From the NCBI RefSeq assembly GCF_009914755.1, contig NC_060933.1: a stretch of DNA of 64,000 nt. One strand, 5' to 3'. The DNA is from the human T2T-CHM13v2.0 reference genome, Homo sapiens. This document shows, piece after piece, positions 42,318 to 55,581 of this stretch. A model generated the notes under the pieces. The model searched no databases and was not told where the DNA came from. It saw nothing but the letters and a program-made list of their open reading frames with translations. A program made the position numbers and the translations under genes. Each line of letters starts with the position of its first letter. Position 1 is the first letter of the stretch.

Positions 42318-42600
42318 AAGACCAGCCTGGCCAACATGGTGAAACCCCAGCTCTACTAAAAATACAAAAATTAAAAATACAAAAAATTAAAAATACAAAA
42401 AAAAAAATTACAGGCGTGTGGTAGTGCACACCTGTAATCCCAGCTACTCAGGAGGCTGAGGCAGGAGAATCACTTGAATCTGGGAGGCAGAGGTTGCAAT
42501 GAGCCAAGATCCTGCCACCACACTCCAGACTGGGTGACAGAGCAAGACTGTCTCCAAAAAACAAACAAACAAACGAAAAGAAACCAAACCAAAACAAAAA
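42318..42600 (+). mobile_element. 5'-truncated AluS with triplicated linker
   Basis: Begins at aagaccagcctggccaacatgg. AAAAATACAAAAA(A)TT occurs three times. TSD CATGCAAGA at 42313-42321 and 42603-42611. Confidence 0.92.
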
Positions 42601-43455
42601 ACCATGCAAGAGCTTAAGCCATTTTAAAGAGCTGCAACCATGAACTAAGATTTAGCCTGAAGACAATTAGCGTACGTTCCATCCCATACCAAGAAAACCA
42701 CTTTATATGCTCAAATACTTCTTGGTATATTCTGCCAATGAGGCGATTCTACCTGAATTTATTAATAAACTATTTACCAGCCTGCTTGACCACCAAGGTT
42801 TGGTAAACAGACTTGGGCCCGATGTGGAAGCATAGCTAAGGATGGAGACCCCGGGGCACAAGAAGTGAGCTGAAGTGAAACCAGGAAGGAAGACAAATTT
42901 CTTTGATAGCCTCTTCTCTTTCCAATCCCAGCTTCCCATCTCAGTTGCTCATTGTGCCTTCATCCCCTCTCCCATTTGAGAGCTCAGCTGAGTCTGCAGA
43001 TATCCCAAGATACTAACTGGTAACTATTTGGCTAGAGTGAGAGCCCACTTCATTTTCTATGCATCCAACAAACTCTTATCTCAAAAGGGCAATAAGCATA
43101 CCTGGAATTTACTCCAATACCTGTGAAAGGTAGCCAAACTCTACTCTCTGGAGGCGTGAAGTCATCATACTTCCAGATAAGACATTAATAAGCAGAATTA
43201 TCCTTACCTCATTTGTTACACTTTAGTCCTCCAAATTAAAAACAGCCAAAGAGAAACTAGCTTGTAAACAAAAGTAAATATTCAAGGTGCCAAGACTGGA
43301 AGACAGCAAGATCTCACTCAGCTCACAGTCTGAAGCCACTTAAATGGAGTAACTCCAAGGAAAACCGAAAGTTAAACTGAAGAAAAACATGTAACTTCAG
43401 AGAGCATGAAAAACTGGTACAATTCTGCACAACTACAAAGTGGCCATGCACTAAC

Positions 43456-43537
43456 CTGAAAACAACGAGGTTCATTATTGAATAAAGGCATCAGGAATTC
43501 TTGGAGATGGAGCTTTCAAATAAGGCTTTAGTCACCA
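43456..43537 (-). other. Candidate 82-nt alternative 5' exon with in-frame ATG (MPLFNNEPRCFQ)
   Basis: Acceptor TGTTTTCTTCTGTGTCCTTTTAG| at 43538, donor CAG|GTTAGT at 43455. The ATG at 43491 gives exactly 12 codons to the donor (phase 0). Confidence 0.4.
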
Positions 43538-43599
43538 CTAAAAGGACACAGAAGAAAACAGATATGCCTCAAATATCAACACATTTGAAGGACAGACAT

Positions 43600-44420
<821 letters not shown>

Positions 44421-47242
44421 ACTACATATATGTAATACTTGGTCTTTGGAAGGTAAAGGATGGTGCCACACACATACTAGGTAGTGTTGGGGGCAGTGGG
44501 ACTGGTGAATAAGACATAATTTGTACCCTGAGGAATGTCATCCTAGGGATGCAATTACATCCAATATGTGGAACCCAGCAGGCAGAGTTTTACAATTATG
44601 GATAAAACTTAAGCTACAGAGATCTTGAAACCCATCTATCCTCAACCATTCCTTTTTATCAAATGAAGGAAATGAAACCCAGAGGCTGGCTCAGTGTTTC
44701 TGAACTAGGTAGGTGCAGAGGTGGGGCACAACCTGTAACTCCCATTACATCACACTGCCAATTAACTTTTTAATCAGAATTTATGTGGAATGTCAGAATT
44801 CAGTAAATTGATCATGTACAAGAAACACTTAATATCCGTAGGGAAAAATAAGTAGACTTGGGCCTAAATGCCAAGCACTTCACTAGACATTGTGGGAAAA
44901 ATCTTATTTGGTTCCAGGCAAAATAAGAAATGTAATGAGTTTTTTGTAAAGTGAAATATATTCAATTTCTCTTGTGAAGTTACGTGCATCCTACTTTGGG
45001 GCATCTAAGCAAACCAGGAAATGACAGTGATAATAGATAATGTGTCAGATGGTCTTAAATGCCTTTCCTTGGCAAAACAGAGTTGACAAACCTATTATTC
45101 CCCTCCCACAATGTACAGTTTTACTTCTTATTGTACTTCCCTGAGAAGTACATATATCAAGGAACAACTGTCACAATGAGGGTTGAGGCAGTAGAGGGAG
45201 CCACTCCCAGAGTTCACAGCAGCACTGTTCATCAAAGCACAAGAAATGAAAACAAAGTGTTTATCAAGGAAGATGAACAAGAAAGATATGAAGATAAAGT
45301 CATACAAGTTCACACAATTCAATGTTCTTCAGCAGCCAAGTAAGAGCCCACACATAGACCAAAGCATATTATAAAATGAGAATTTTGATGAATTTAACTT
45401 AGTGTCCTGGAGGACAAAAAAGGACTTAGGATCTTTTAGTTATCACAGCTGCACCTACAAGTCAAATATAGGCAAAATGAAACATTTTTAATCAGATATC
45501 TCCCAAATTTTGCATTACTTTAAGGATAGTGTGAAAACAAAAATAACAAGGGAGGAAACAATCCCCTTCAAATTGAAGCCACTATAGCTCAATCCTCACT
45601 GTCTCACGTCTGTTAACCCAAAACTCCCAGTATGAGTACGAATCAGTCACGACATAGAAATCTAGACCTATTCTGTCAATGAGCAGCTGCTCCAGGTCTG
45701 CATCAATCTGTAAACAGGTATTTCCAAAGCATATGACCAGCTCCAGTCTGAGCAGAATAACAGATCAAAACTGGAGAGGACACACAATGGGAAAAGTAGT
45801 TGATCGGTTTGATAGAGGAAGAGACACTGGGTCCCACTCAAAAATAAAGTATCTCAACTTTTTCACTGAATTTACATTCCCAAAGAATAGATTGTAAAAT
45901 AAGTAAGAATCCCAGACTTTTCGGTACTTGAAGGTCACTATGAGGTCACCTGGCATAGTGATCTACTGCAAGAACAGCCTGACTGGTCTTCACTGATGCT
46001 ACATCCTATTTTGTACTCTGTCTCAAGCTAGCTGAACTTGAGAGACTTCTAAGTCTATCCAAGGACATTTGAAACATTTGTGATAAATGCAGAGTATTTA
46101 TCTCTGTTAACAATGAAGAAAAGTCACCTTCCAGAAGAATTGCTGTGAAAGCCCACATCGTGTGCACTATTTTTTAAAAAGTAACATAGAAAAGCTGTTT
46201 AACATACCAGGAAAGTCAAGGAGAACTTTAAAAAAATTATAACCATAATACCTAATTTCATCAAAATGATGTAAGCAACAAAGATCTAATTTATATTGAG
46301 ATAAACTATATAGGCTCAGACTATTCAGGCAAGGAACCAGTAAATGCTTATTTCATACTGAAATTTACAGGACATGAATGACTTAGCAATATATATTGAC
46401 CCTGAGCTACTGAAATGACAACAACCCAAAGGTGATTACTGACATATCAGAAGAATAACAATGAAACTTGAGGGCGAGAGTCTCTTTCACACTTTAAAAA
46501 AAAAATGCAGCTCAATAAAAATGTACCTATTAAAAATAGAAAGACAGTTATCCCTTTCAACTGGTGTTGATCTGCCCTTTATTACTGGAGATAGACTGTA
46601 TCACTCAGAAAGTTACCCTGAAGCTATAAGAAGCTTGGAGGAAAATATTAAACTTCAAGGTACAGATAGGACCAGGAGCCTGTTAAGACAGAAAACGAAG
46701 ACATTAATGTTCAAAAAGTATATAAGCAGGAAACCTGCAGTAGTCTCAGTAACAGATTTTAGTGGCAAAAAAAAAAAAAAAAAGAGAGAGAGAGAAAGGA
46801 AAGCCTTTTAAAAATCTAAGCCACTGGAATTTTAAAGTGACACCCACATGACCCAGTTTACTTTTCTATTCAAAGAAGTTCTGATGCTGTTTCTCTATTT
46901 CTCTTTGGAAGTCTTTCATGTCCAATATATTGCAAAAGATAAAAGGTACACTTTTATTTAAGCACACAATGGAATAAAACATCACTGAGGAACTTGGACC
47001 TGTAAATAAATTTTAATGGGAAAGACAAGAATTCAAACATGAGGAAAGGGCAACAGATATATATACGGCAAATGTGAGAAAGAATATGAGCATTTGGAAA
47101 AGGAAGACAACATTGTTGGACAGGGTAGGATGACAGCTATTAATTTAATTTAGGATATGCTAGGCCATGCTCTAAGCCGTTTTAAAGGGCATTACCCCCC
47201 TGTGATCCTAATAACTTAATAAAATGGGTCATTTCATCCCCA

Positions 47243-47511
47243 TTTTTTTTTTTTTTGAGACGGAGTTTCGCTCTTGTCTCCCAGGCTGGAGTGCAATGGC
47301 ATGATCTTAGCTCACTGCAAACTGCCTCAGCCTCCAGAGTAGCTAGGATTACAGGCACCCGCCACCATGCCCAGCTAATTTTTCTATTTTTAATAGAGAT
47401 GGGTTTCCACCATGTTGGCCAGGCTGGTCTCGAACTCCTAACCTCAGGTGATCCAACCGCCTCAGCCTCCTAAAGTGCTGGGATTACAGGCATGAGCCAC
47501 CACGCCTGGCC
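47243..47511 (-). mobile_element. AluSp/Sq-like with ~30-bp deletion, inserted in a MIR remnant (about 47140-47640)
   Basis: cggagtttcgctcttg...gtgcaatggc diagnostics, TSD tcatccc(c/t)attttt. Confidence 0.9.
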
Positions 47512-47669
47512 TCATCCCTATTTTTCAAATTAGGAAATAGGCTTAAAAAAAAAAAAAAAAAAGATTAACTTTTCCAGAACTCACAAAACCTGCCAATGTG
47601 GGTCTAACAAACTCCAGAGCCCATGCTCTTTGCACCACACATCAATGAAGCAGCTAAAATAACCAATAT

Positions 47670-47781
47670 CTTGCTTCACCCCAGACCAATTAAATAAGAA
47701 TCTCTCCTAAGGGCCCAGATACTGGCATTTTTATCAGCACCCGATTTGATTCTAATCTGCAAGCAAGGATGAGAACCACTG
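47670..47781. mobile_element. MER5-family remnant
   Basis: ccagaccaattaaataagaatctct...tgattctaat...gagaaccactg terminus. Confidence 0.55.
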
Positions 47782-48367
47782 TAAAAGACTTTTGTAAGAC
47801 AAGTGGACTATCAGCTAGGTAGTGCCAAACAAACAAGAGTCAAATAATCAGAGACTGGGGAATTCATCCAGCTTTTAGGGGGCAAACAGAAGTTCAAAAA
47901 CAGTGGAGGTGCTGAGGCAGAGCTGATCCAGACTAACTTCAGGGAAAGTCTGAACACAGGCTTTAGTCCAAGCAGTGATTAAAAAGGCGCAAAAAACCAG
48001 GTTGGAATCATTTTGCTGAGAGAACGAACTACAGGTTAGAAAATTTTTACTTTTAAGACTGTAGGTAAGAAGGGAGCACAAAATGACTTTTACAGCTAAT
48101 GTAACCAATGGGTATGAATTTTAGGAAAATAAGGAAAAAATAACAGTTGACTAACCTAAAGCCAATGGACCAGGATATAAAATATAACAAGTGAGCGACA
48201 ATAAACAGAGCTTGCTGAGCAATCGGATATAGCCTAGTAGTTACAACTGTTAACTCTACGGTGATCCCTTCTAGCATTTGCCATCCTAAGTCTTGATTTC
48301 CTCATTTAGGAAATGGAGAAAATAATCCTATCATCTCATTCAGTTATTGGAATAAATATATGAGATA

Positions 48368-48988
48368 TGGCAGTCCCCTTTTTACCAGGCACTCAAAAGC
48401 CCCAATAGATGCCTGAAACTTCAGATAGTACTGACCCCTACCATGTTTTTTCCTACACATACCTATGATAAAATTTAATTTCTAAACTGGGCCCAGTAAG
48501 ACATTAACAATAACTAAGAACCGCTGTAACAGTACACTGTAATAAAAGTTATGTATATGTGATCTCTCAGCGTATTTAGTTTTCTTTAAGTCGAGAACTT
48601 TCACCTTTTTACTTAAAGGGAACATGGAGCACTTTAACATCCTCTCTTTGGCATGTCAGAATTGCCAGCATCACTACTCTTGTGCTTTGGGGCCGCTGAA
48701 AGTAAAAGAAGGGCTACTTGAACACGAGCAGTGCAATACCTCGAAAGTCAATCTTATAACTGAGATGGCTATACTAAGGGACTAACAGCATGGATACACT
48801 AGACAAAGGGAGGATTCACATCCTGACTGGTCAGCATGAGGGTACATCACACTATTCAGAAGTACACGCAGTGTAAAACTTGTGAATTGTTTATGCCTGG
48901 AATTTTCCATTTAATATTTGTGAACCACAGTTGACTGCAGGTAACGGAAATCATGGAAAGCGAAACTGTGGGTAAGGAGGGACTACTG
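48368..48988 (-). mobile_element. MER44B/C-like (TcMar-Tigger) DNA transposon
   Basis: Same terminal sequences as 7083-7448 (gacaaagggaggattcacatcc; aaagcgaaactgtgggtaaggagggactactg) with a longer interior. Confidence 0.8.
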
Positions 48989-51369
48989 CCATCCAAGCAA
49001 AAGAAAAGAGACCAACGGCTTCTGTATTCTTATAGAGGGCAGTGTAAGAATATAGTCCCCCAATTTTTTCCTTCTTACCATTACAACTTTAGATGGCCTT
49101 GTTAAAGACTCAGTAAATGGGGAACAGAAGTTTGGCCTGCTTATTCAGTTCCTATTAGTCCCTATATAGAGGGACTGCTTATTCAGTCCCTATACAGAGG
49201 GTCAGTGACCCTCTATATCAGTCTAGGCCAGTGCCCAGACACTAGACGCAGCCACAAGAAATGCAAGTTTTCCTAAATGGTAAGGTGGAATGTATGTCCC
49301 CTAACCCTACTGAAGTGACCGTCATTTCACAAATAGTGAATTTATATATTAAGTGATTTATTAAATTTATGCTACATACAAAATTACGTATTAAAATGCA
49401 TATGTGTCCTCAACTGAATTCTTGAGGCATAGTATTGAGGAAACAGTTCAAAATAGTAATACAATTCGGTAAAACTTTTAATTATTTCTCAAAAGAATCC
49501 ACACAACTTAAAATCTGACACCTGCTGAATGATAAAGCTTGGTCATCTGCACAACTTCCTATTCAACTTTCATTTTCACAAACCTTATTTTGTCTTAAGA
49601 TGATTTCCACGCACTCAGCAGGGTAATCTTTTAGCTAAATGATCCGAAACCCACAATCTGAATGGCAAGAAATTGCTTCCTAAATAATGTATCGTATTAT
49701 ACAAGCTATCACATATCTCCCTTCCCCAGAAAAGTAAATAAACATTCTTAAAGACAGCCCAGAGGAAAACAGTATGGTTGCAAAACAGTTAGCTTCTTAT
49801 ATCTTTCAAGACTTTACTAAATGTCACTTATAAATGAGAAAACATATTTGAAGTTTTTAAGTGTTCTATGCTTTTTAAACCCTTTCCTGAATGTATACAG
49901 GTAGGACACTCAGAGGTAAGGTAAGGGGTAACCATGTTCCTAAATTACATTAATTTCTAATGCCTGAAACCAAAGTTTTCAAAGGGCTATAAATGCTTGA
50001 ATAATCCATTAAGATACACAAAATGACAGGTTGATGGTAAAAAAGGGGAAAAAAAAAAAACAACCTTTCAACAAATGACAAATTTTCTCCTAAATCATTC
50101 TTTGGTTAGAGGACCAATGTAAAAGAGGCAGGTCCGAGTGCTGTTTTGTACTGGAAACAAAACAGATGTAACAGGTGTAATGAATACCAGAGAGAGATGA
50201 GACAGAAAATCTTGAAATTAAACTTCTGTGGTAGAAAAAAAGAGAGGGAATACAAAAATATATGGAAATGCCTGGTTGGATGAAAGGAGAGTAGATATTC
50301 TAACCAAACCATTTAAATCCACATTATTAGACACCCCAATACCCGCTTTCCCAGTCTGTGACTGCACAGGTAAAGCCAAAATATATTTTCTGCTTTGGAA
50401 TAGATTTTCTACTTAGGATTAGTTACAGGCATATCGGCTGCTCTGGGAATTCACTTTCAAATATAATGAGGCCACACTAAAAACTTGAAGGAAGTGAAAT
50501 AGTATCCTTCATCTCATCTGTCACCATAAAGCTCAACGTAAAGAAAGCTAAAAGGCTCACTGCAGTCCCTCAAGAAAAAGTTAAAGGTTTGACTCTCTGC
50601 TGATTACCTTGAATAGACAGCCAAATTAGGCTGGAGCAAATAACTATAAACTGACTATCTAATGTAACTAGGCATTAGCCATTCATCCCAGAGCTTTAAT
50701 TTTATGTTTTATATATTACGGTTCCCCTGGTGATTTTCCGCATACCTCATTAAGTTCTGACTTGAGGATGTCTGCTCTGGACGAGCACACAGAGCAACAC
50801 AACACAAAACATCCTAAACCTCACATCTCTTAGTATTTCCAACACAAACATCGCAGGTCTCCTGATGAACACTTAACCTCTACATGTTCTCTAAGTACAG
50901 AGTGCCTAGAGTCTCAGAGCTGCACAGACACCAGCAGACATTCTGTGAAAACACTGCCAAGACCCTCTTGACATCTGTGGCAAAAACATCCTGTCTTCTA
51001 AATATATGTTCTGTTTAAGTGGCTTTTAAAGCATAAGCATGGTGCCTTTAAAAGCAGTTTGTAACAAGAGGTCAAACTATAAAACTGAAGAGGTTAGAGA
51101 AGAAATCAATTGTATATCAATTGTCAAAACTCAACTTTAAAAGGCAGAGGTGGTCACAAACTACTGTACAGACAGGGTAAATGGAAAAGAAATCTCCAGG
51201 TTGAAAACGGCAAATGCTAATCGCAGGGGTGGGAGCAAGGAGTCTTGACCAATCGTAAAGATGAGAAAGCATTTCCCTTCTGGAATGAAAAACTAAAACT
51301 GTAGATCAGAAATTCAGGGGAAAAGAATCATTTCTGTTCATGCCTCGAGAAATTAAATACCCTTACCCC

Positions 51370-51873
51370 TGTTAGAGAACTGAAGTGTATCTCCCAAAAT
51401 TAACATGTTGAAACCATAATCTCCAACGTGACTATATTTGAAAACAGGGTTGTGTAGTTCAGTAGTTTCAGTAGAAACGGTACTTCAAGTAACTACACAA
51501 CCACTCTGTTTTTCACTCTATTTCCTTAATTATTTCAGGAAATAAGGCTAAATGAGGTCATAAGTGTAAATAATTAAGAATAAATGAGGTCACAAGTATG
51601 GGGCCCTAATCCAATAGGATTGGTGTCCATATAAGAAAAGGAAGAGACACCAATGATTTCTCCTTCTTTACATACCCAGAGTAAAAGCTAAGTGAGGACA
51701 CAGTGAGAAGGTGGCCTTCTGCAAGCCTGAAACAGTGGTCTTGCCAGAAACCAACACTACCAAAACCTTGATCTTGGTCTTCCAGCCTCCAGAACCATGA
51801 GAAAATAAATTTCTATTGTTTTTGCTACCCAGGCTATGGTATTCTGTTATGGCAGCCTAAGCAAACTAATACA
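51370..51873 (+). mobile_element. MLT1A/MLT1B-like (ERVL-MaLR) solo LTR
   Basis: TG...ctaataCA termini with a perfect 5-bp TSD ACCCC (51365-51369 and 51874-51878). Contains ccagcctccagaaccatgagaaaataaatttc. Confidence 0.9.
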
Positions 51874-51961
51874 ACCCCCACACCAATTCTTAATCTCTCA
51901 GTTGTCTTTTCCTCTCATTGCTGCCACCCAATCTTTTCCTGGAATCTGAACCTTAGGTATG

Positions 51962-52333
51962 CAAATAGTCCCCAACTTACATGGTTTGACTTAACAGTTT
52001 CTAAACTTTGTAATGGTGCAAGATCGATACACATTCAGTAGAAACAGCACTTCAAGTAACTACACCATCATTCTATTTTTCACTGTCAGTATTCAGTAAA
52101 TTACATGAAACATTCAACACTTTTATTATAAAACAGGCTTTGTGTTAGATGGTTTTGCCCAATTATAGGCTAATGCAAGTGTTCTAAGCAGATTTAAGGC
52201 AGGCTAGGCGAAAGCTATGATGTTAAGCAGGTTAAGTATGTTAAATGTATTTTCTACTTATGACATCTTCAACTTAACTTAAAGATGGGTTTATCAGGAC
52301 ATAAGCCCCATCATAAGTCAGAGCACCTTCTTG
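51962..52333 (-). mobile_element. MER47A-like (TcMar-Tigger) DNA transposon
   Basis: gtccccaacttac...aggctttgtgttagatggttttgcccaa...aggctagg...gatgggtttatcaggacataagccccatcataagtc. Confidence 0.85.
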
Positions 52334-52740
52334 TAGCCACTGAACCATGCCCCCTCGCTTTTGAATCAACACTGTCATCTATCCATAACTGCTAATTTAC
52401 CTTCACTAAAATGAGTGTCTACCAATATCTACCCCTCATCCTCCAATTCCCATGAGACCAGGGCAAGCCTTTATCATCATATACACTGCTTCAAATCTGT
52501 CTCCTCCTCCAACATGCTCATCTTTATATAATGGCTAGCTTCAACTTCCCAAAAACATCTCATGCTATCACTTGCTCAAATATCATCAATTGTATACATA
52601 CAGACCTTCATTTAAGGGCCTTTTTAACTTTCTAATCCATCCCTAATGTTTTCTCCCAACTTCTCAAGCCAAAACCCTGCATAAGGTCAAAATGACCCAT
52701 AACCATCCTCTGAATCTGTTGCATTATTTTATTTACTTCC

Positions 52741-53058
52741 TTTTTTCATATTTTTCTTTTATTTTTTAGACACAAGTTCTTACTCTGTCGCCCAGGATGG
52801 AGTACAGCGGTGTGGTCACAGCTCACGGTGGCCTCCAACTCCTAGAATCATGCTATCCTCCCCCGTCGGCCTTCCAAGTATCTGGGACTACAGGCATGCA
52901 TCACCACACCCAGTTATTTTTTATTTTTTACTTTTTGTAGACACAGGGTCCTCACTATGTTGTTGAGACTGGTCTTGAACTCCTGGCCTCAAGCAATCCC
53001 TCCCCGCAAGGCCTCCCAAAGTGCTGGGATTACAGGAGTGAGGCACCACTGCCTGGCC
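52741..53058 (-). mobile_element. AluJ within L2-like sequence
   Basis: Diverged antisense Alu with J-type ctcctggcctcaagcaatcc. Confidence 0.9.
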
Positions 53059-55241
53059 TGTTTCCTTGCTTTTATTCCTATTGTTGTGACAATTTGGAAT
53101 GTCCTCTCTGCTTATTTCCTTTCTAAATGGCAGCTGGAAGAAAGAAGTTCTGAAGAACATTACACAATCACAAGGGGCTTGTTATGGCAAAACCTTCTAC
53201 CCTCAACTGCTGCTCTGCCACATACTGATTTTATTCAAATAGGCTTTTACCTCCACCAAATCATGCCAGGTACTTACACAATATCTGAAAGATGGTACCA
53301 ATTTCAGCTCCACATAAATAGAAAATGGGAAGATCTGACACAAATGAAATTCAGAGTTTTCAGAGGCTCTCATCTCCCCCTAAGTATTATCATCCTAAGT
53401 AAGGTCTAGAGACCATGAGACACACATATAGATTTGATCTGAGCTCAATCAGTTCTTCTCTCAAACCCTCAACTTTTTTTCTAAAGCTATCACCTAAATC
53501 CCAGCAACAAAACTAATAGAGTCTCTCAGATTTTCCCAATTTTCAACGATCCCCTCCCCTATCATTCCTCCAAAGAACATCATAACAAGCCTCTTCAACA
53601 CTCTCTTTATGAGAGCCTGAGCTTCGTAACCTATACTGGATCCTTATTGATTTTCATCATGTGAGTGACAAAACACAGTAATATACTAAGATTTCCAACA
53701 ACCTGAATACCTGGCTCTTGATTTTTACATGCCCCCAAAATAGCCTCTGTCCCACTCAGTGGACTTTCCACCTCCAAACTTTTATAACTATTTTCTCCAC
53801 TCATGATCTTCTCCCTACTGGTTCCAATTTACACGCATGCTCTTCATTATAAGCTTTGCTGATCTTCTCTAATAAATTTTGCTTACCCCTTTAAAAACAG
53901 TCCTCCAAGAGCTCTTTCCTGGTAACTTAGCATGCACTATATCATACAGCCATTTGTAAGGCCCCATCAATGACTCCACCTGTATGTGGTCATCTTTATA
54001 TAGAAACCCAACCAGAATGGAGACATAAAATTCTAGAAGAGCTTTAGTTCTTTCATCATTGTGATCTAAATCAAAGGGCACTGCAGTCAGCAGCACCCAG
54101 AGATACTCCAATGTCACTGACTAGCATACCAACAGCATTCAAGCTGCTTCATGAGCTTATCTTTCCCCTTCTAACTTCAGGGTTGGTAGGGCAAAGAAAT
54201 GACACCAATGACATCTACAATCAGGGCCTGGAATCAAAAGCAAACTGATAGTGTAACATTCAGGGACTTCAGTGACACTTTCCTAGAACACTGAGTGCCC
54301 AAAAGGGCTGGGCCATCAGCTTCCCCTAAAGAGGGGAAAAGAACCACCCACTTTCTACAACAGATTGACTGTTAAACACACGTACAGCAGGCCTCTTGCA
54401 GGAGAAAAGGCAAGCTGTCCTGCCAGAGTTCCTAAAAGCTTCTGAGGACAACAATTTTTCTTAGGGAGTGAAAATATATACCCTAATCCATACTGGATAG
54501 ACAGCCCCCATTTTTCAAATTCAAGGCTGAATAAGATACATTCAGTTTTAAACATTCCTAGAATTTGAGAATTCCAAAGTATCAACCATTTTTACATCAA
54601 ATAACTACATTAGTCAAACCAGACTAATTATTAAAATTACACAAAGCTTGTACAAATCAATCCTTAATGTTTAGGAAAATCATGAAAAAATTTGTGTGGG
54701 GAAACCAGTCTAATCTTTTCAGATCCAGTACACCAACCACTTGGCAATGCTCCCTACAATCTGGGAAGATTTCCTGACCAATGGAATACAGATAAAATAT
54801 GGCAGAGTATGCATTAATCCTTCCATCTTCTCTTGTTTTAATAATAAGTAGAGAGCCAGGACCATACAAATTAGGTATATACAGCTCCTAGAAAAATAAA
54901 ATTTAACTAAAGCTAAAGAAGATGAACACTTCTTTAACCAAATTTCCCACCTTATTTTATCTTATGCACACCTACAAAACATCTGTATACATGCCTTATA
55001 ATAGCTTTTGATCAACTGCTATCAAAACAAACTAAAGGAGTAAAATAATATTACTGCTCTTCAGACATTAAAAAACACATTTCTAAGCAATATTTTCAAA
55101 GTCAACAACTTTGAAAAATTAAGTCCTTATCTTTATAGACCACAGGCTCATTATAATTAAGTGGGTAGTTTGTTTATATTTTATATAAGATTCCCTAAGA
55201 ACCTAAGATCCTGCCAGTGTCTATTTAAGAAATGGAGAAAA

Positions 55242-55581
<340 letters not shown>

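Noticed and set aside
52957-53409. Longest ORF (150 aa), and other Alu-overlapping ORFs at 14414, 27573, 34065, 43958, 47255, 55181 and 57686
   Set aside because: Typical Alu-derived pseudo-peptides ([15 protein letters not shown]) running into random sequence.
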